Origin: Planctomycetota bacterium
Lineage (GTDB): Bacteria > Planctomycetota > Phycisphaerae > SM23-33
Assembly: GCA_022705325.1 (NCBI GenBank)
Contig: JAKJER010000006.1
Location: 169,097 to 233,096, forward strand
Reading direction: 5' to 3'
DNA length: 64,000 nucleotides
Shown: one piece after another, positions 33,779-44,100 of the stretch
How the letters are laid out: the number at the start of each line of letters is the position of its first letter
Numbering within the stretch: the first letter of the stretch is position 1
Notes under the pieces: generated by a model
The model's input: only the letters and a program-made list of their open reading frames with translations
The model's database searches: none
Told to the model about the DNA's origin: nothing
Made by a program: the position numbers and the translations under genes

Positions 33779-34662
33779 ACCTCACCGCTCGCGACCGCGT
33801 TGCAGCCGGGCCTGCCGTTCGGCGGGCGGGCCGGCTCGTGTGCGCCGTCCTGCTGTGCCTGTGTGCCCGGACCGCCCAGCCGCAGAGCGGCCCCGCAGGC
33901 GCCGCCATCGAGCTTTCCGTCGCCCCCACCCAGGTCGCCGGCAACGCCCCCTACCGCCTGGCTCTCCTTCGCGTGACCGTGCCGGCCGGCCAACCGCTCG
34001 TGCGGGCGGTGCGACTCCGCGAAGCCCAGGGCGGCCCCACGATCCTTCAACCGCTGACGGTGCCGCCGGAATCGACCCAGACCGCCCTGGTTCCCTTGCC
34101 CGCCTGGTCCCAACAGCACGCCTATCGCGTCGAACTGCTGGCGGAGGACCGGGACGACGCGAACGCGATTCTTCCCGCCCGGCAGGTCGCCCTGTCCTGG
34201 CCGGCCGACATCCTCGACCGCGACGCCGTCTTCGCCCCCTGGCAGTACGAGCCCTACCAGGAACTGCCCCGCTGGCCCGCCCCCCTGCTGCGCAACGTCT
34301 TCCTGGCGGCCGCCCTGTTCGCCCTGGCCTGCACGGGCCTGCTCCTGGTCCGCCGTCCGCTCGCCCGGTCGCTCCTGCTGATCGTCCTGGCCGCCCTGGC
34401 CGGCGCGGGGACGTGGCTGCTTCTGGACCAGGCCCCGCTGGTCGTCCATCGCGAGGTGGCCCGCGACGGTTCCTCCCTCCACGTCCTGACCTCGCGCCGC
34501 ACCGTCCAGTGGAGCGTCGACCAGCCCCTCTGGCCCGTCTACTTCAACCTCCGCCAGATGCGCGACGACAGCCTGGTCGTTCACGTCGGGCGAGCCACCC
34601 GGCTCACGCTCCTTCCCGACGACGTGAGGATTCTCCGCCCGGGGCCTCCGATCAGCCGCTGA
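33775..34662 (+). CDS. Hypothetical secreted/membrane-anchored protein, translationally coupled (ATGA) to the debranching enzyme
   Basis: MNLTARDRVAAGPAVRRAGRLVCAVLLCLCARTAQ signal and two C-terminal hydrophobic helices (…VFLAAALFALACTGLLLV…LLLIVLAALAGAGTWLLL…). No recognisable domain. It forms the in-frame tail of the 1009-aa off-frame track ORF. Confidence 0.45.
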   Translation: MNLTARDRVAAGPAVRRAGRLVCAVLLCLCARTAQPQSGPAGAAIELSVAPTQVAGNAPYRLALLRVTVPAGQPLVRAVRLREAQGGPTILQPLTVPPESTQTALVPLPAWSQQHAYRVELLAEDRDDANAILPARQVALSWPADILDRDAVFAPWQYEPYQELPRWPAPLLRNVFLAAALFALACTGLLLVRRPLARSLLLIVLAALAGAGTWLLLDQAPLVVHREVARDGSSLHVLTSRRTVQWSVDQPLWPVYFNLRQMRDDSLVVHVGRATRLTLLPDDVRILRPGPPISR

Positions 34663-34749
34663 ACCTCTCCGCCCGCCAGGTGATTGGTGATTGCGCCCCG
34701 GCGCGGACGGCTTGCCTGCCAGCCGGGAGGCGGGTATCATGCTGCGACT

Positions 34750-35955
34750 ATGTCTTCCTCTCGAAAGGCCGTCGCCCCGATCATCACCGACAGCAGGGAG
34801 TTCGCCGCCCTGTGCCAGACCCTGCGCGAGGCGGGCGCCTTCGGCTTCGACACGGAGTTCATCCGCGAGCGCAGCTATCGCCCGCAGCTCTGCCTGCTCC
34901 AGGTCGCCACGCCAAGCCGCGTGGACCTGGTCGACCCCTTCCGCGTCGACACCCGCGAGTTCTGGCAGCTCGTCGCCGATCCCGCCGTCGTCAAGGTCGT
35001 CCACGCCGGCAACCAGGACCTGGAGATCGGCTACCTCCACACGCAACTCGTGCCGGCCAACATCTTCGACGTCCAGGTCGCCGCCGCCCTCGCCGGGCTG
35101 CACTATCCGCTGCCCTACGGCAAGCTGGTGCACAACCTGCTCGGCGTCCGGGCGCCGCAGGACCACACCGTCAGCGACTGGTCGCGCCGCCCCCTCTCGC
35201 CCGGGCAGATCGAGTACGCCATCGCCGACGTCGCCCACCTGCTGGGCGCCTATGACAAGCTCCGCGCTCAACTGGGGAAACTCGCCCGCCTGGACTGGCT
35301 GCGAGAAGAGATGCAGCCGCTGGAGTCGCCCGCCACCTACGAGGTCGACCCGCGGCTGGCGTACCTCCGCGTGCGGGGACACGAGCGTCTGCGCCCGCGC
35401 GAGCTGGCCGTCCTTCGCGAACTGGTGGACCTGCGCGACCAGGGGGCCCGGAAGGCCGATCTGCCCGTCCGCACGTTCCTCAAGGACGAGGTGCTGGTGG
35501 CCATCGCCCGGCAGATGCCCCAGACGCTCAATCAGCTCGACGAGGTCCGCGGCTTCCCCACGCCCCTGGTCCGCCAGATGGGCCAGGCCATCCTCGACGC
35601 CGTCCGCGCCGGTCAACAGATCCAAAGCGACCTGCACCCCCGCGCCGGACGCGACGACGACGATGACCCCGCCAACCGGATGCTGGTGGACCTCGCCTGC
35701 GCCGCCGGGCAGTCGCTGTGTCTGAGCGGGCAGCTCAACCACGCCCTGCTGGCCAGCCGCAGCGACTACGCGGAACTGGTCCGTTTCGTCCGCCGCTCCC
35801 CCAAGAGCGACGCGCCCGCCGACGCCGATCAGCCGCACCTCCTGGCCGGTTGGCGCCGACACTTCGCCGGGGACCGCCTGGTGGAGCTTCTTCGCGGCCA
35901 GGCCGCCCTCCACGTCAAGGGCCTGCCCAGGAAGCCCACCCTGGAACTTGGCTAG
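34750..35955 (+). CDS. rnd: Ribonuclease D (DEDDy 3'-5' exonuclease plus HRDC domain)
   Basis: Exo motif I AFGFDTEF, motif II …VKVVHAGNQDLEI…, motif III …YAIADVAHLL…, then an HRDC-like C-terminus. Start trimmed to MSSSRKAV. Confidence 0.8.
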   Translation: MSSSRKAVAPIITDSREFAALCQTLREAGAFGFDTEFIRERSYRPQLCLLQVATPSRVDLVDPFRVDTREFWQLVADPAVVKVVHAGNQDLEIGYLHTQLVPANIFDVQVAAALAGLHYPLPYGKLVHNLLGVRAPQDHTVSDWSRRPLSPGQIEYAIADVAHLLGAYDKLRAQLGKLARLDWLREEMQPLESPATYEVDPRLAYLRVRGHERLRPRELAVLRELVDLRDQGARKADLPVRTFLKDEVLVAIARQMPQTLNQLDEVRGFPTPLVRQMGQAILDAVRAGQQIQSDLHPRAGRDDDDDPANRMLVDLACAAGQSLCLSGQLNHALLASRSDYAELVRFVRRSPKSDAPADADQPHLLAGWRRHFAGDRLVELLRGQAALHVKGLPRKPTLELG

Positions 35956-36010
35956 GCGATGTCGTCGCAACTGACACGGCAGGCCGGGCAAAAAATCTCG
36001 GCCCCCCACC

Positions 36011-36038
36011 TTGACACTCCTGCCATGCCCCGTATACA
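36011..36038 (+). promoter_or_regulatory. Sigma70-like promoter TTGACA-16-TATACA upstream of tRNA-Val
   Basis: Consensus -35 TTGACA (36011-36016), 16-nt spacer, -10 TATACA (36033-36038), 16 nt before the tRNA 5' end. Confidence 0.5.
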
Positions 36039-36054
36039 GTAGAGGGTCTACGAT

Positions 36055-36128
36055 GGGCCGTTAGCTCAGTTGGCTAGAGCGCCTGCTCGACACGCAGGAG
36101 GTCACTTGTTCAAGTCAAGTACGGCCCA
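36055..36128 (+). tRNA. tRNA-Val (anticodon GAC), with an unusual C at position 33
   Basis: GGGCCGT-TA-GCTC-AGTTGGCTA-GAGC-G-CCTGC-TCGACAC-GCAGG-AGGTC-ACTTG-TTCAAGT-CAAGT-ACGGCCC-A. All four arms pair. Anticodon-loop positions 34-36 are GAC. Confidence 0.65.
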
Positions 36129-36133
36129 CTTGA

Positions 36134-36170
36134 AAGCCCCGTAAGGACGGCAACTTGCGGGGCTTCTTCA
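36134..36170. terminator. Hairpin (AAGCCCCG…CGGGGCTT, 16-nt loop) plus CTTCTTC; possible bidirectional terminator for tRNA-Val (+) and the metallophosphoesterase gene (-)
   Basis: Perfect 8-bp GC-rich inverted repeat 5 nt after the tRNA 3' end; a T-rich tract follows on the + strand. Confidence 0.45.
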
Positions 36171-36219
36171 TGGGGCGAGTCCTCGTGACGCGCCCCGGCC
36201 TCCGGCCGCCGCATCGGAC

Positions 36220-37158
36220 CTACCGAACCGGTTGCGAGGCGGGCTTCGCGGCCTGCCCCCTCAGCGAGGGATAGCTCTTCTGCTTTCGCCATCCGGTGAT
36301 GCGGGCGGCAACATCGGGGAAGAGGTCCATCACGGCATAGCTGTTGTTGTCCGGCCCGGAGCCCTCGATCATTCCCCGCAGGGTGCAGTAGTGGATCCCG
36401 CCGATCTCACTGTAGCCGCCCTGATGATGGTGGCCCTGAAGGACGGCCAGCACCTTGCCCGACGCCTCCAGGATCCGGCGAATCTGCGGGGCGTTTTTGA
36501 TCCCCATCGGCGGGTCCACGTCCAGGCGCTGGTGCACGAACACGACGGTCTTGTGCGCGGTCTTGCCCAGGTCCTCCCGCAGCCACTTGGCCTCCGCGGG
36601 CGGGATGTTCGCGTCGGTCCAGTCGTAGTTCTTTCGGCCGTAGGGTTCGCCGTCCTCCCGGAAGCAGGCGTCGAGGATGACGAAGTGCCACCCGCCGGCG
36701 TCGAAGGAGTAGAAGGATTCCTTGCGGCCCACAATCTCAAGGAACTCGCCCTTGGTCAGGCTGTAGACGCAGTGGTTGCCCAGCACGTAGTGATGCTGTC
36801 CCGGCCCGGTTGAGAAGTCCTTGACGATCCGCCGGAGCCAGGCCTTCTCGGTCTCGACGGAGTCCGCGCCGTCGATGATGTCGCCGAGTTCCACGACCAG
36901 GTCGACCTTCTCCTTCTCGAACTGCCCGGCTGCCTCGGCGAACTTGGTGAGCGTCTGGCGGTAGTGCCTCTTGCTGCGGGCGTCCTTGTCGGCGTAGTGC
37001 ATGTCGGTCACGAGGCCCAGGCGGAGGTCGGGCTTGGGAAGGTTCTCGCCCGCCAGCCGGCCAGGCAGCACAGCCGCGCCGGTCAGCAGGATCGCGCCGT
37101 CGCGCAGAAACGCTCTGCGGGAGGTTCGCCGGGCCGGGTTGGGGCCGCGTCTTGTCAT
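36220..37158 (-). CDS. Tat-secreted calcineurin-like metallophosphoesterase
   Basis: Twin-arginine signal (RRAFLRDGAILLTGAAVL). Metallophosphatase motifs are present (…GLVTDMHY… D-x-H; …VELGDIIDG… GD-x-x-D; …VLGNHC… GNH; …VFVHQ…; …GHHHQG…). Confidence 0.75.
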   Translation of the reverse strand: MTRRGPNPARRTSRRAFLRDGAILLTGAAVLPGRLAGENLPKPDLRLGLVTDMHYADKDARSKRHYRQTLTKFAEAAGQFEKEKVDLVVELGDIIDGADSVETEKAWLRRIVKDFSTGPGQHHYVLGNHCVYSLTKGEFLEIVGRKESFYSFDAGGWHFVILDACFREDGEPYGRKNYDWTDANIPPAEAKWLREDLGKTAHKTVVFVHQRLDVDPPMGIKNAPQIRRILEASGKVLAVLQGHHHQGGYSEIGGIHYCTLRGMIEGSGPDNNSYAVMDLFPDVAARITGWRKQKSYPSLRGQAAKPASQPVR

Positions 37159-37170
37159 GCAGGCAAGGTC

Positions 37171-40100
37171 CTACTTTCCGATGCGATACAAGTGCTTCTC
37201 GGTTCGCACGATCAGGCTCCGGCCGATGGCGACCGGGCAGGCGGAGATGGCGCTGTCGAGCTTCGTCTCGGATAGTTTTTCGACCGAGGGATCGGCCTTG
37301 AGCACCGTCACCACGCCGTCCCGGTTGGCCAGGTACAGTCTCCCCGCGGCCCACAGGGGCGAGGCGAGGAACTTGCCGCTCAACCGGCAGCGGCCCCGGG
37401 GCTCGCCCGTTGCGGTATCGAGACAGACGAGCGTTCCGGTGTCGCTCAGGACGTAGAGCAGCTTGTCCTTGAGCAGGGGCGAGGGCATGGTGGGAATGCC
37501 TTCGGTGCGCCGCCAGAGGACGTGGCTCTGAGGCAGCTCGCCCTGCCCGTCGGTGCGGGCGGCGAGCAGTTGCGACGGCAGGCAGCCGGTGCAGAAGTAG
37601 ACCACGCCATCGGCCCAGGCGGGCCCGGGAGCGATGGACCACCCTTTGCTGTGACGAAGGCGCCACAGTTCCTTGCCGGTGGCGGGGTCGTAGGCGACCA
37701 TGAACTGGGCGCAGGTGGCCAACATCTGCGTCTTCCCGTCCGTCTCGATCATCAGCGGCGTGATGAAGGACTTGCTGGCGTCGGGGCGGGCCTGGATCGC
37801 CGGGCGCGGCGTCTTCCACACGTCCTTGCCGGTCCGCTTGTCCAGGGCTGCGATATACTGCTGGTCGCACCCGTCGCGGACGAGGATGAGCAGGTCGCGA
37901 TGCAGGATGGGCGAGCTGCCGGACCCGACCATGTGGGAGATCTTGAGCCTCCGCTTCCACAGGATCCTGCCCGTGCCCGAGTCCAGGCACGCGGTGCCCA
38001 TCTCGCCGAAGTCGCAGTACAGCCGGCCCGGCTCGACGGTGCACGTGGGCGTGGCGAAGCTGTTGATCTGGTGCGTGGGGTCAGGCTTCTCGCAGTGGAA
38101 GATCTCTTTTTCCCACAGCTTCTTTCCGCTGGCCAGGTCCACGCACACCGCGGCCAGGCGGAGCGTGGAGCAGAGGTCCATCTCCCGGGCCTGCGAGTGC
38201 CCCTTCAGGCGGACCTTTGCGATCTCCTTGTCCTCGGGGTGCTCGTAGGCGGCGGTCAGGAAGACCTTGCCGTCCAGCACGACCGGCGAGCTGTGCCCGC
38301 GCCCGCCGACGGGCAGCTTCCAGGCCACGTCGGTCAGCTCCGCGGGAGGCTCGGCGGGCGAGATGTTGTCCCCCCGGGGCCCGCGGAAGCGCGTCCAGTC
38401 CGCGGGGCCGGGCTTCCAGTCGGCGCTCGCGGCGGGCGCTGTGGCGTCCGCCTCGGCCGCCTCCATCTCCACCTGCTGCGAGTCGAAGCCCAGGTCCTCG
38501 CCCTCGTGAACGGCCAGGCCGATCTGTTCCAGGCTGCCGCGCCGTCCGTTGTACCAGAGCATCCACTTCAGGCCGTCGAAGACGGCAAAGGGCTTGTAGC
38601 AGGCATCGTGGTCCCACTGGTCCTGCCCGGGACGGATCACCGGGTTCGCCCAGTGGCGCTGCCATCCGCCGATGCCGTCGGCCGAGCGGGCCAGGCAGAT
38701 CTGCGCGGTACGCTCGTCTCGAAAGCCGATGTAGAACATCACGTAGCCGTCCTTCGTCTTCACGATCTGGGCGGCGGTGACCTTGCGCTTCTCGTGCTCC
38801 AGCTTGCGGTCGGGCGCAAAGACGGGGTTGGCGGGGTGCTTGGTCCAGGCCACGCCGTCGCGACTGGTCGCGTAGCCGATCGCGTCCGGCTCGTTGCGCT
38901 CCCCGCCGCTGTACCACATTTTGTACAGCCCCTCCTGCTCGTCCCAGTTGACGTGCGGGCACATCACGCACGTCTTCTCCCAGGGCTGGTCGGCCTTCAG
39001 GACGGGCTTCTCGCTCACGCGCTTCCAGGTCCGCCCGTCGGCGCTGGTCGCGTAGCCGATGGCGGAGCCCTCGGCGTTGAAGCCGGTGTACCACATGTGA
39101 TAGGCGCCGTCGCGACGGACGACCCCCGGGCGATTGATGTCGTCCTCCCAGCCGCTGTCCGGATTGGGCGCCAGGACGATCTGCGGCTTGCTCCAGGTTG
39201 CGCCGTCGGCGCTTTCGCTGAGGGCGATGGCCTTCCTGGGCCGCCACGACAGCCACATCCGCCACTGCTGGCCCTCGCGGAGAACGGCGACGTCGAAACA
39301 CGTCCCCAGTTCGCCCCCCAGCACCGGGTTCCCCGCGTGCTTGACCCATCCCGCCGTGGTCTGCGGCCCGGAGGTGGAAGCGGGCGGTTGCGACCCGGCA
39401 TGAGAGGCGACATTCGCGGGCCAGGTCTTGGGCGTCAGTCCGCCCGCGGTCGCGTGGGCGGCCACGCGCGGAGCGTCGAGCACGCGGCCGTAGACGGCCA
39501 GTTCGGCGACCGACCCGACCAGGAACTTGGCCCCCGGCTCGACCCTGTCGCCGCCGACGCGAAAGGGATTGGAGTTGGCGATGCTGCCGCCTCCGTCATG
39601 GAGCGTGGCGGTCAGCCCGCCGTCGACGTACAGCCGGCACTCGCCCCGGGCCGACCGCGTCCAGACGACGTGGCGCCAGGCGCCGTCGTTGAGCTTGCCG
39701 GACGATTCCGTCGGCTCGTCCCGCCCGCCGACCGGGCCCGACCCGGCCAGCACGCAGCCCTGCCGCCCGCCAGCCCGCGCCGAGCCGCCCAGGATCGTCC
39801 AGTCGCTCGACGCGTTTCCCACGGTGGACTTGGCCACCAGCGTCGCGCTGCCCGGCCAGTAGGGCGAGGTCCACGCCTGGGTCGACTTGAACCAGAACTC
39901 GACGCTCAGTTCGTTGAGATCGAAGTCCTTGTGGTGAGCGATCTCGACCAGCCCCTTGCCCTCGAACGCCGCCGCCCGCCCTTTGACGCCGGTTGGGCCC
40001 GCCTCCAGCGAGACGCTGCCCTTGTAGAGCCCGGCATGGCCGGCGATCTCGTCCTTGACGGCTGAGCCGTCGGCGGAATCGCTTTCCTGAAAGCGCCACC

Positions 40101-40212
40101 AGGCGAGCGGCTTGTCCGCGGCGACCTCCCGATCGTATGACTCGCCCAGGGCGACGGTGGAGAGCGGCACGGCGGCCAAGAGGACGCAGAAGAAGCCCAC
40201 GATTCGGTTCAT
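37171..40212 (-). CDS. Secreted multidomain protein: LamG/concanavalin-like lectin domain, 5-bladed GH130/GH43-type beta-propeller glycosidase-like domain and a C-terminal PQQ-type beta-propeller
   Basis: Signal peptide MNRIVGFFCVLLAAVPLSTVALG. The LamG-like region is …LSVEFWFK…WRHVVWTRSARGECRLYVDG…. The GH130/DUF377-like repeats read …WEDDINRPGVVRRDGAYHMWYTG…IGYATSADGRTW…. The C-terminal PQQ repeats read …GHSSPVVLDGKVFL…. Confidence 0.55.
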   Translation of the reverse strand: MNRIVGFFCVLLAAVPLSTVALGESYDREVAADKPLAWWRFQESDSADGSAVKDEIAGHAGLYKGSVSLEAGPTGVKGRAAAFEGKGLVEIAHHKDFDLNELSVEFWFKSTQAWTSPYWPGSATLVAKSTVGNASSDWTILGGSARAGGRQGCVLAGSGPVGGRDEPTESSGKLNDGAWRHVVWTRSARGECRLYVDGGLTATLHDGGGSIANSNPFRVGGDRVEPGAKFLVGSVAELAVYGRVLDAPRVAAHATAGGLTPKTWPANVASHAGSQPPASTSGPQTTAGWVKHAGNPVLGGELGTCFDVAVLREGQQWRMWLSWRPRKAIALSESADGATWSKPQIVLAPNPDSGWEDDINRPGVVRRDGAYHMWYTGFNAEGSAIGYATSADGRTWKRVSEKPVLKADQPWEKTCVMCPHVNWDEQEGLYKMWYSGGERNEPDAIGYATSRDGVAWTKHPANPVFAPDRKLEHEKRKVTAAQIVKTKDGYVMFYIGFRDERTAQICLARSADGIGGWQRHWANPVIRPGQDQWDHDACYKPFAVFDGLKWMLWYNGRRGSLEQIGLAVHEGEDLGFDSQQVEMEAAEADATAPAASADWKPGPADWTRFRGPRGDNISPAEPPAELTDVAWKLPVGGRGHSSPVVLDGKVFLTAAYEHPEDKEIAKVRLKGHSQAREMDLCSTLRLAAVCVDLASGKKLWEKEIFHCEKPDPTHQINSFATPTCTVEPGRLYCDFGEMGTACLDSGTGRILWKRRLKISHMVGSGSSPILHRDLLILVRDGCDQQYIAALDKRTGKDVWKTPRPAIQARPDASKSFITPLMIETDGKTQMLATCAQFMVAYDPATGKELWRLRHSKGWSIAPGPAWADGVVYFCTGCLPSQLLAARTDGQGELPQSHVLWRRTEGIPTMPSPLLKDKLLYVLSDTGTLVCLDTATGEPRGRCRLSGKFLASPLWAAGRLYLANRDGVVTVLKADPSVEKLSETKLDSAISACPVAIGRSLIVRTEKHLYRIGK

Positions 40213-40273
40213 GTACTGGACCCTTGTTTCGCCGACACGTCCGGCGGTCGTCTGGCCAAACGCTCGGACCGCC

Positions 40274-41131
40274 TCAGACTTCGCGGAATTCCTGCTCCGC
40301 CTTTTGGGGCTGAGCCTTGTGCAGCGACGCCCTTCCGCTGGCCAGCACGATCAACTGGCGGATGCGGTTGGGATGGATCAGCAGGATGGCCAGCCCCCCG
40401 ACAATGTTGCCCAGCGTGACCGGCAGGATGTTGCGGAACATCACGTACTGCCCGCCCAGCGACGTGCCCTTGGCCAGCAGACCCAGGGGGATGAGGAACA
40501 TGTTGGCCACGCAGTGCTCGAAGCCGCACGCCACGAAGGTCATGATCGGCAGGACGCAGCAGACGATCTTGGAGATCACGTCCTTGGAGATGGTGGCCAG
40601 GATGATCGCCATGATGACCAGGATGTTGCAGAACACCCCTCGGAGGAAGGCCTCGCCGAAGGACTGCGCGATCTTGCCCTCGGCGACCTTGGAGGCAAGC
40701 TGGCCCAGGGCGTTGGGGGAGCCGGCCGAGCCCAGCAACCCGCTCTGGTAAATCAGCAGGGCCACCAGGAACGACCCGACGAAGTTGCCCAGGTAGACGA
40801 TGACCCAGTTCCGCAGCAGCCGGCCGATGCGGACCAGCGACGACATGGCGGCGACGATCATGATGATGTTGCCGGTGAACAGCTCCGCCCCGGCCACCAC
40901 CACCAGGACCAGCCCGACGCCGAAGACGGCCCCGCCGACGATTCGGCCCAGGCCCTCGGCGATGGCGACGAGGTACACGTGCCCGCCCAGGGCGATGTAC
41001 AGGCCCGCCAGGATGGCCAGCAGGAAGAGTTGCCACGGCTGGGTGTTGGCCTTCTTGATGCCCAGCACGGAGATGGACCTACTGGCTTCCAGATAGCTCA
41101 GCTTTGGGTCGTAGGGCGGCTGACTGGTCAC
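40274..41131 (-). CDS. Formate/nitrite transporter (FNT) family channel
   Basis: 6-TM FNT fold (…LAILAGLYIALGGHVYLV…GAELFTGN…FVACGFEHCVANMF…). A GTG start with AAGGAGA RBS is proposed at 41129-41131; the longer track ORF has no Met near the conserved N-terminus. Confidence 0.75.
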   Translation of the reverse strand: MTSQPPYDPKLSYLEASRSISVLGIKKANTQPWQLFLLAILAGLYIALGGHVYLVAIAEGLGRIVGGAVFGVGLVLVVVAGAELFTGNIIMIVAAMSSLVRIGRLLRNWVIVYLGNFVGSFLVALLIYQSGLLGSAGSPNALGQLASKVAEGKIAQSFGEAFLRGVFCNILVIMAIILATISKDVISKIVCCVLPIMTFVACGFEHCVANMFLIPLGLLAKGTSLGGQYVMFRNILPVTLGNIVGGLAILLIHPNRIRQLIVLASGRASLHKAQPQKAEQEFREV

Positions 41132-41157
41132 GCGGATGTCTCCTTGCGGCGGCGGGC

Positions 41158-44100
41158 TCACGGACGGCCCGGCACGACGACCAGTCGGGCGGCCTTCGGC
41201 GCCTGGGGCAGGATCACGACGGCGTTCTTGCCCGCCCGGAGCTGGGCGGTCACGTTCACGCGCGCGGGCAGGCCGATGCATCCGCCGGCGAACTGCCCGT
41301 TGACCCGCACGGCGGCGGCCGTATCGGGCAACTCGTCCATCTCCAGGTAGACGCGGGCGGTCTTGAGGTCCACCTCGGCGGGCAACTCGACCGTGCCGAC
41401 GAACGGGTCGCTGACAGCGGGGCTGCGCGTGAGCCGCCGGGCGCCGCCGCCCTTGCCCTCGAAGTCGCCCCACGGCCCGCCGCCGTACTTGGCCAGGACC
41501 TTGGCAGCCGTCCAGGAGGAGTCGTCGAACTCCGGCGCGGTCCAGCCGGGCACTTCCTTGTCGCACGACTTCCACGACGCGTCGGTGCAAACGACAAGCG
41601 GCTGGCCACGCTCGAACTCGACGCGGATGACGGCGATCATCCCGCAGGGGTTGGCCGTCTGCGAGTCGAAGTTCTCGCCCCGCACAGCCAGCACGTTGGG
41701 CCCGGCCTTCAGGAGCCCCGTCAGGTCGACCTGCTGCACGTTTCGCCAGCCGGCGTTGAGTTCGTCGTCGGTCTTGCCCGCCTTCTTGCCGTTCACGTGC
41801 AGCACGGCCAGGTTGTCGCAGGTGATGGCGGCGGTGGCGGACTTGACGGGCCTGCCCTCGGGCAGGTCCAGCCGCCCGCGGAAGTAGCGGACCGCGGCCT
41901 TGTCCTCGCCCGACTTGTGCCAGATCCACGAGCCCGACTTGACGGAAAGCCGCCGGCCCCCGGAGGCCGGGGCTTGCTCGGGCGGGCCGGACGGCACGAT
42001 CATGGACTCGGGCGTGGGCTGGCGGACCACCTCGATGGGCGGGCGGGCCGCCTGGAGCTGCGCGGGCAGGCGCGCGGGCAGAGGACGGGCCTGCTCCCGG
42101 AAGACGATCAGCACGCTCTCGTTGGCCTCCAGCGTGAGCTCCAGCTCGACCGCGTCGCCCTTGCGCTCGAAGGGCACGGAGGTGATCTCATTCCGCATGG
42201 CGTCCCAGATCTCGGGCGTGCCGGCCGCGGTGACGCGGAAACGGAAACTCCGGGCCGGACCCTCGTGGTTCTGGTTGCAGACCAGGAACACGTCGCGCCC
42301 GCTCTTGACACGGTGGAGGACGTGCAGCCAGTTGTTGGTCTCGCCCTGGAGCACCTCCAGGGTGGGGTGAAGGGCGGCGTCGCCGGTCAGGGCGGCGGCG
42401 AAGTCGGCGGGCGCGGGCTTCTCGGCCAGCAAGTAGGCCCGCCCGCCGGCCGGGCTGGTCTTGCAGGCCTTCGTGCCGACCTGCGGAGTCTCGCCCCAGA
42501 CGGCTGCGCGAAGGGCGGCGATGTCGGCGGCGGTCTTGCCAACGGTCGCCGAACGGGTCGGCAGCTCGCCGCAGGCGATGACGATCCCGCCGGCGTCGAA
42601 GAACGCCTTCAGGCGGGCCAGCACCTCGTGCGGGATGACCTCCACGCCGGGCAACACCACGACCCTGTATCGCTCCTGGTGGAGCCTGACGGCCTTGTCC
42701 GCAATGGTGCATGTGTCACTGGCAAAAGCTTCCATGGGGAGCCAGTCGCTGTCGAAGAGGACGTCCTGGAGGCTGGAGGTGATGTCCTCGGGCGTGGTCA
42801 TCCGGCCCACGCGTTTGAGGTTGCCCGAGAAGAGGATCGCGACCGGACACACGTGCCGCCCGCCGCTCAGCAGCAGCGCCAGCCGGCTGGTGTAGTCCGT
42901 CCAGGCGCGATGGAGCGGGAAGCGAGGCTCGAACCCGCTGTTGTAGAAGTACGGCGGATAGTCCCTGTCGTACGGGGCCTTGGGGTTGAACGAATGCTGG
43001 ATGAGGAAGTTCACGCCGCGCACCTGCATCTGGTCGGTCAGCCACTTCATCTGGGAGTAGGTCAGCTCCTGGTTGTAGCCGCCGAAGATCTCGCACATGG
43101 TGATGTCGTCGGCCTTGCCGAAGGCGTGCGTGATCGAGCTGCCCAGCTTGGGCGTCTGGTAGATGTCGCGCGGGCGCTGGCCGGGGTACATCTGGCGGCA
43201 GACCAGGTCGATCCCGCCCATGTCGCTGTACTTCTCGAGGCGCATCATGTCGCCCGCGCAGAACTGCGGGTGCAGGTACAGGTAGCCGTGCTCCATGAAG
43301 TGGCCCATCGACTTGACCTTGTGCTCCTGGCACCAGCGGCTCATCGTGCCGTACATCGTCCGCCCCCACGCCTCGGCGAACGCATCGACGTACTGGAACT
43401 TCGCGGCCGCGTCGTCCTCGCCCGCCAGCTTGAACTTGTGGGCCACGTAGGCCTTCTTCCAATCGACCTTCCATTCGGCCAGCACCTTGTTCAGCTCGGT
43501 GCCCCAGTCGCCGCGGGTCTCGGGCTCGTCGTAGAAGAAGCCCGGAATAGTCTTGCCGAAGTCGTCCTTGAAACGGTCCCAGTGGGGCTGATAGACGGTC
43601 TGGATGAAGTAGTCCACGCAGTCCTGGCTGGCCCCGTCGATGGAGGGCTTGTTGCCCTGCCCCAGGCCCGGGCCCTGCTTGTGGGTGAACTTGATCACCT
43701 TCCACGCGCCCGCCGGCGCCTGCCAGCGGAGCGCGCCGTCCCGGATGTGTCCGGCCAGGTCCACCAGGCTCTCGCCGTCGATCGCCCCGCCGTCGACCAC
43801 CTTGCCCGCCACCGCCGCGACGTACCGCTCGCCGACGAAGCCGTCGGCCTCGTACGCCTTGGGCCCCTCGACGTCCACCGCCTCGGCCACCAGCACCTTG
43901 GTGGCGTATTGTGCGGGCACCAACCCGCCGATCATCTGGCTGGGCCACCATTTCTCGTCGAAGATCCACATCTCCATGTTGTTCTTCCTGGCGGCCTCCA
44001 GGCAGATGCCCAGATCGCGGTACCAGCCCTCGCCCAGCCAGTCGCGGTGAGGGCGGCTTTCGGCGGTGAAGCTGCCGTTGCCCGCCTCGGCCGTCTTGGC

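Noticed and set aside
31633-34662. 1009-aa + ORF
   Set aside because: Most of it is off-frame across the glycogen debranching enzyme gene and is a junk Arg/Pro-rich translation. Only its last 295 codons (33775-34662) form a plausible gene, which was kept as a hypothetical protein.
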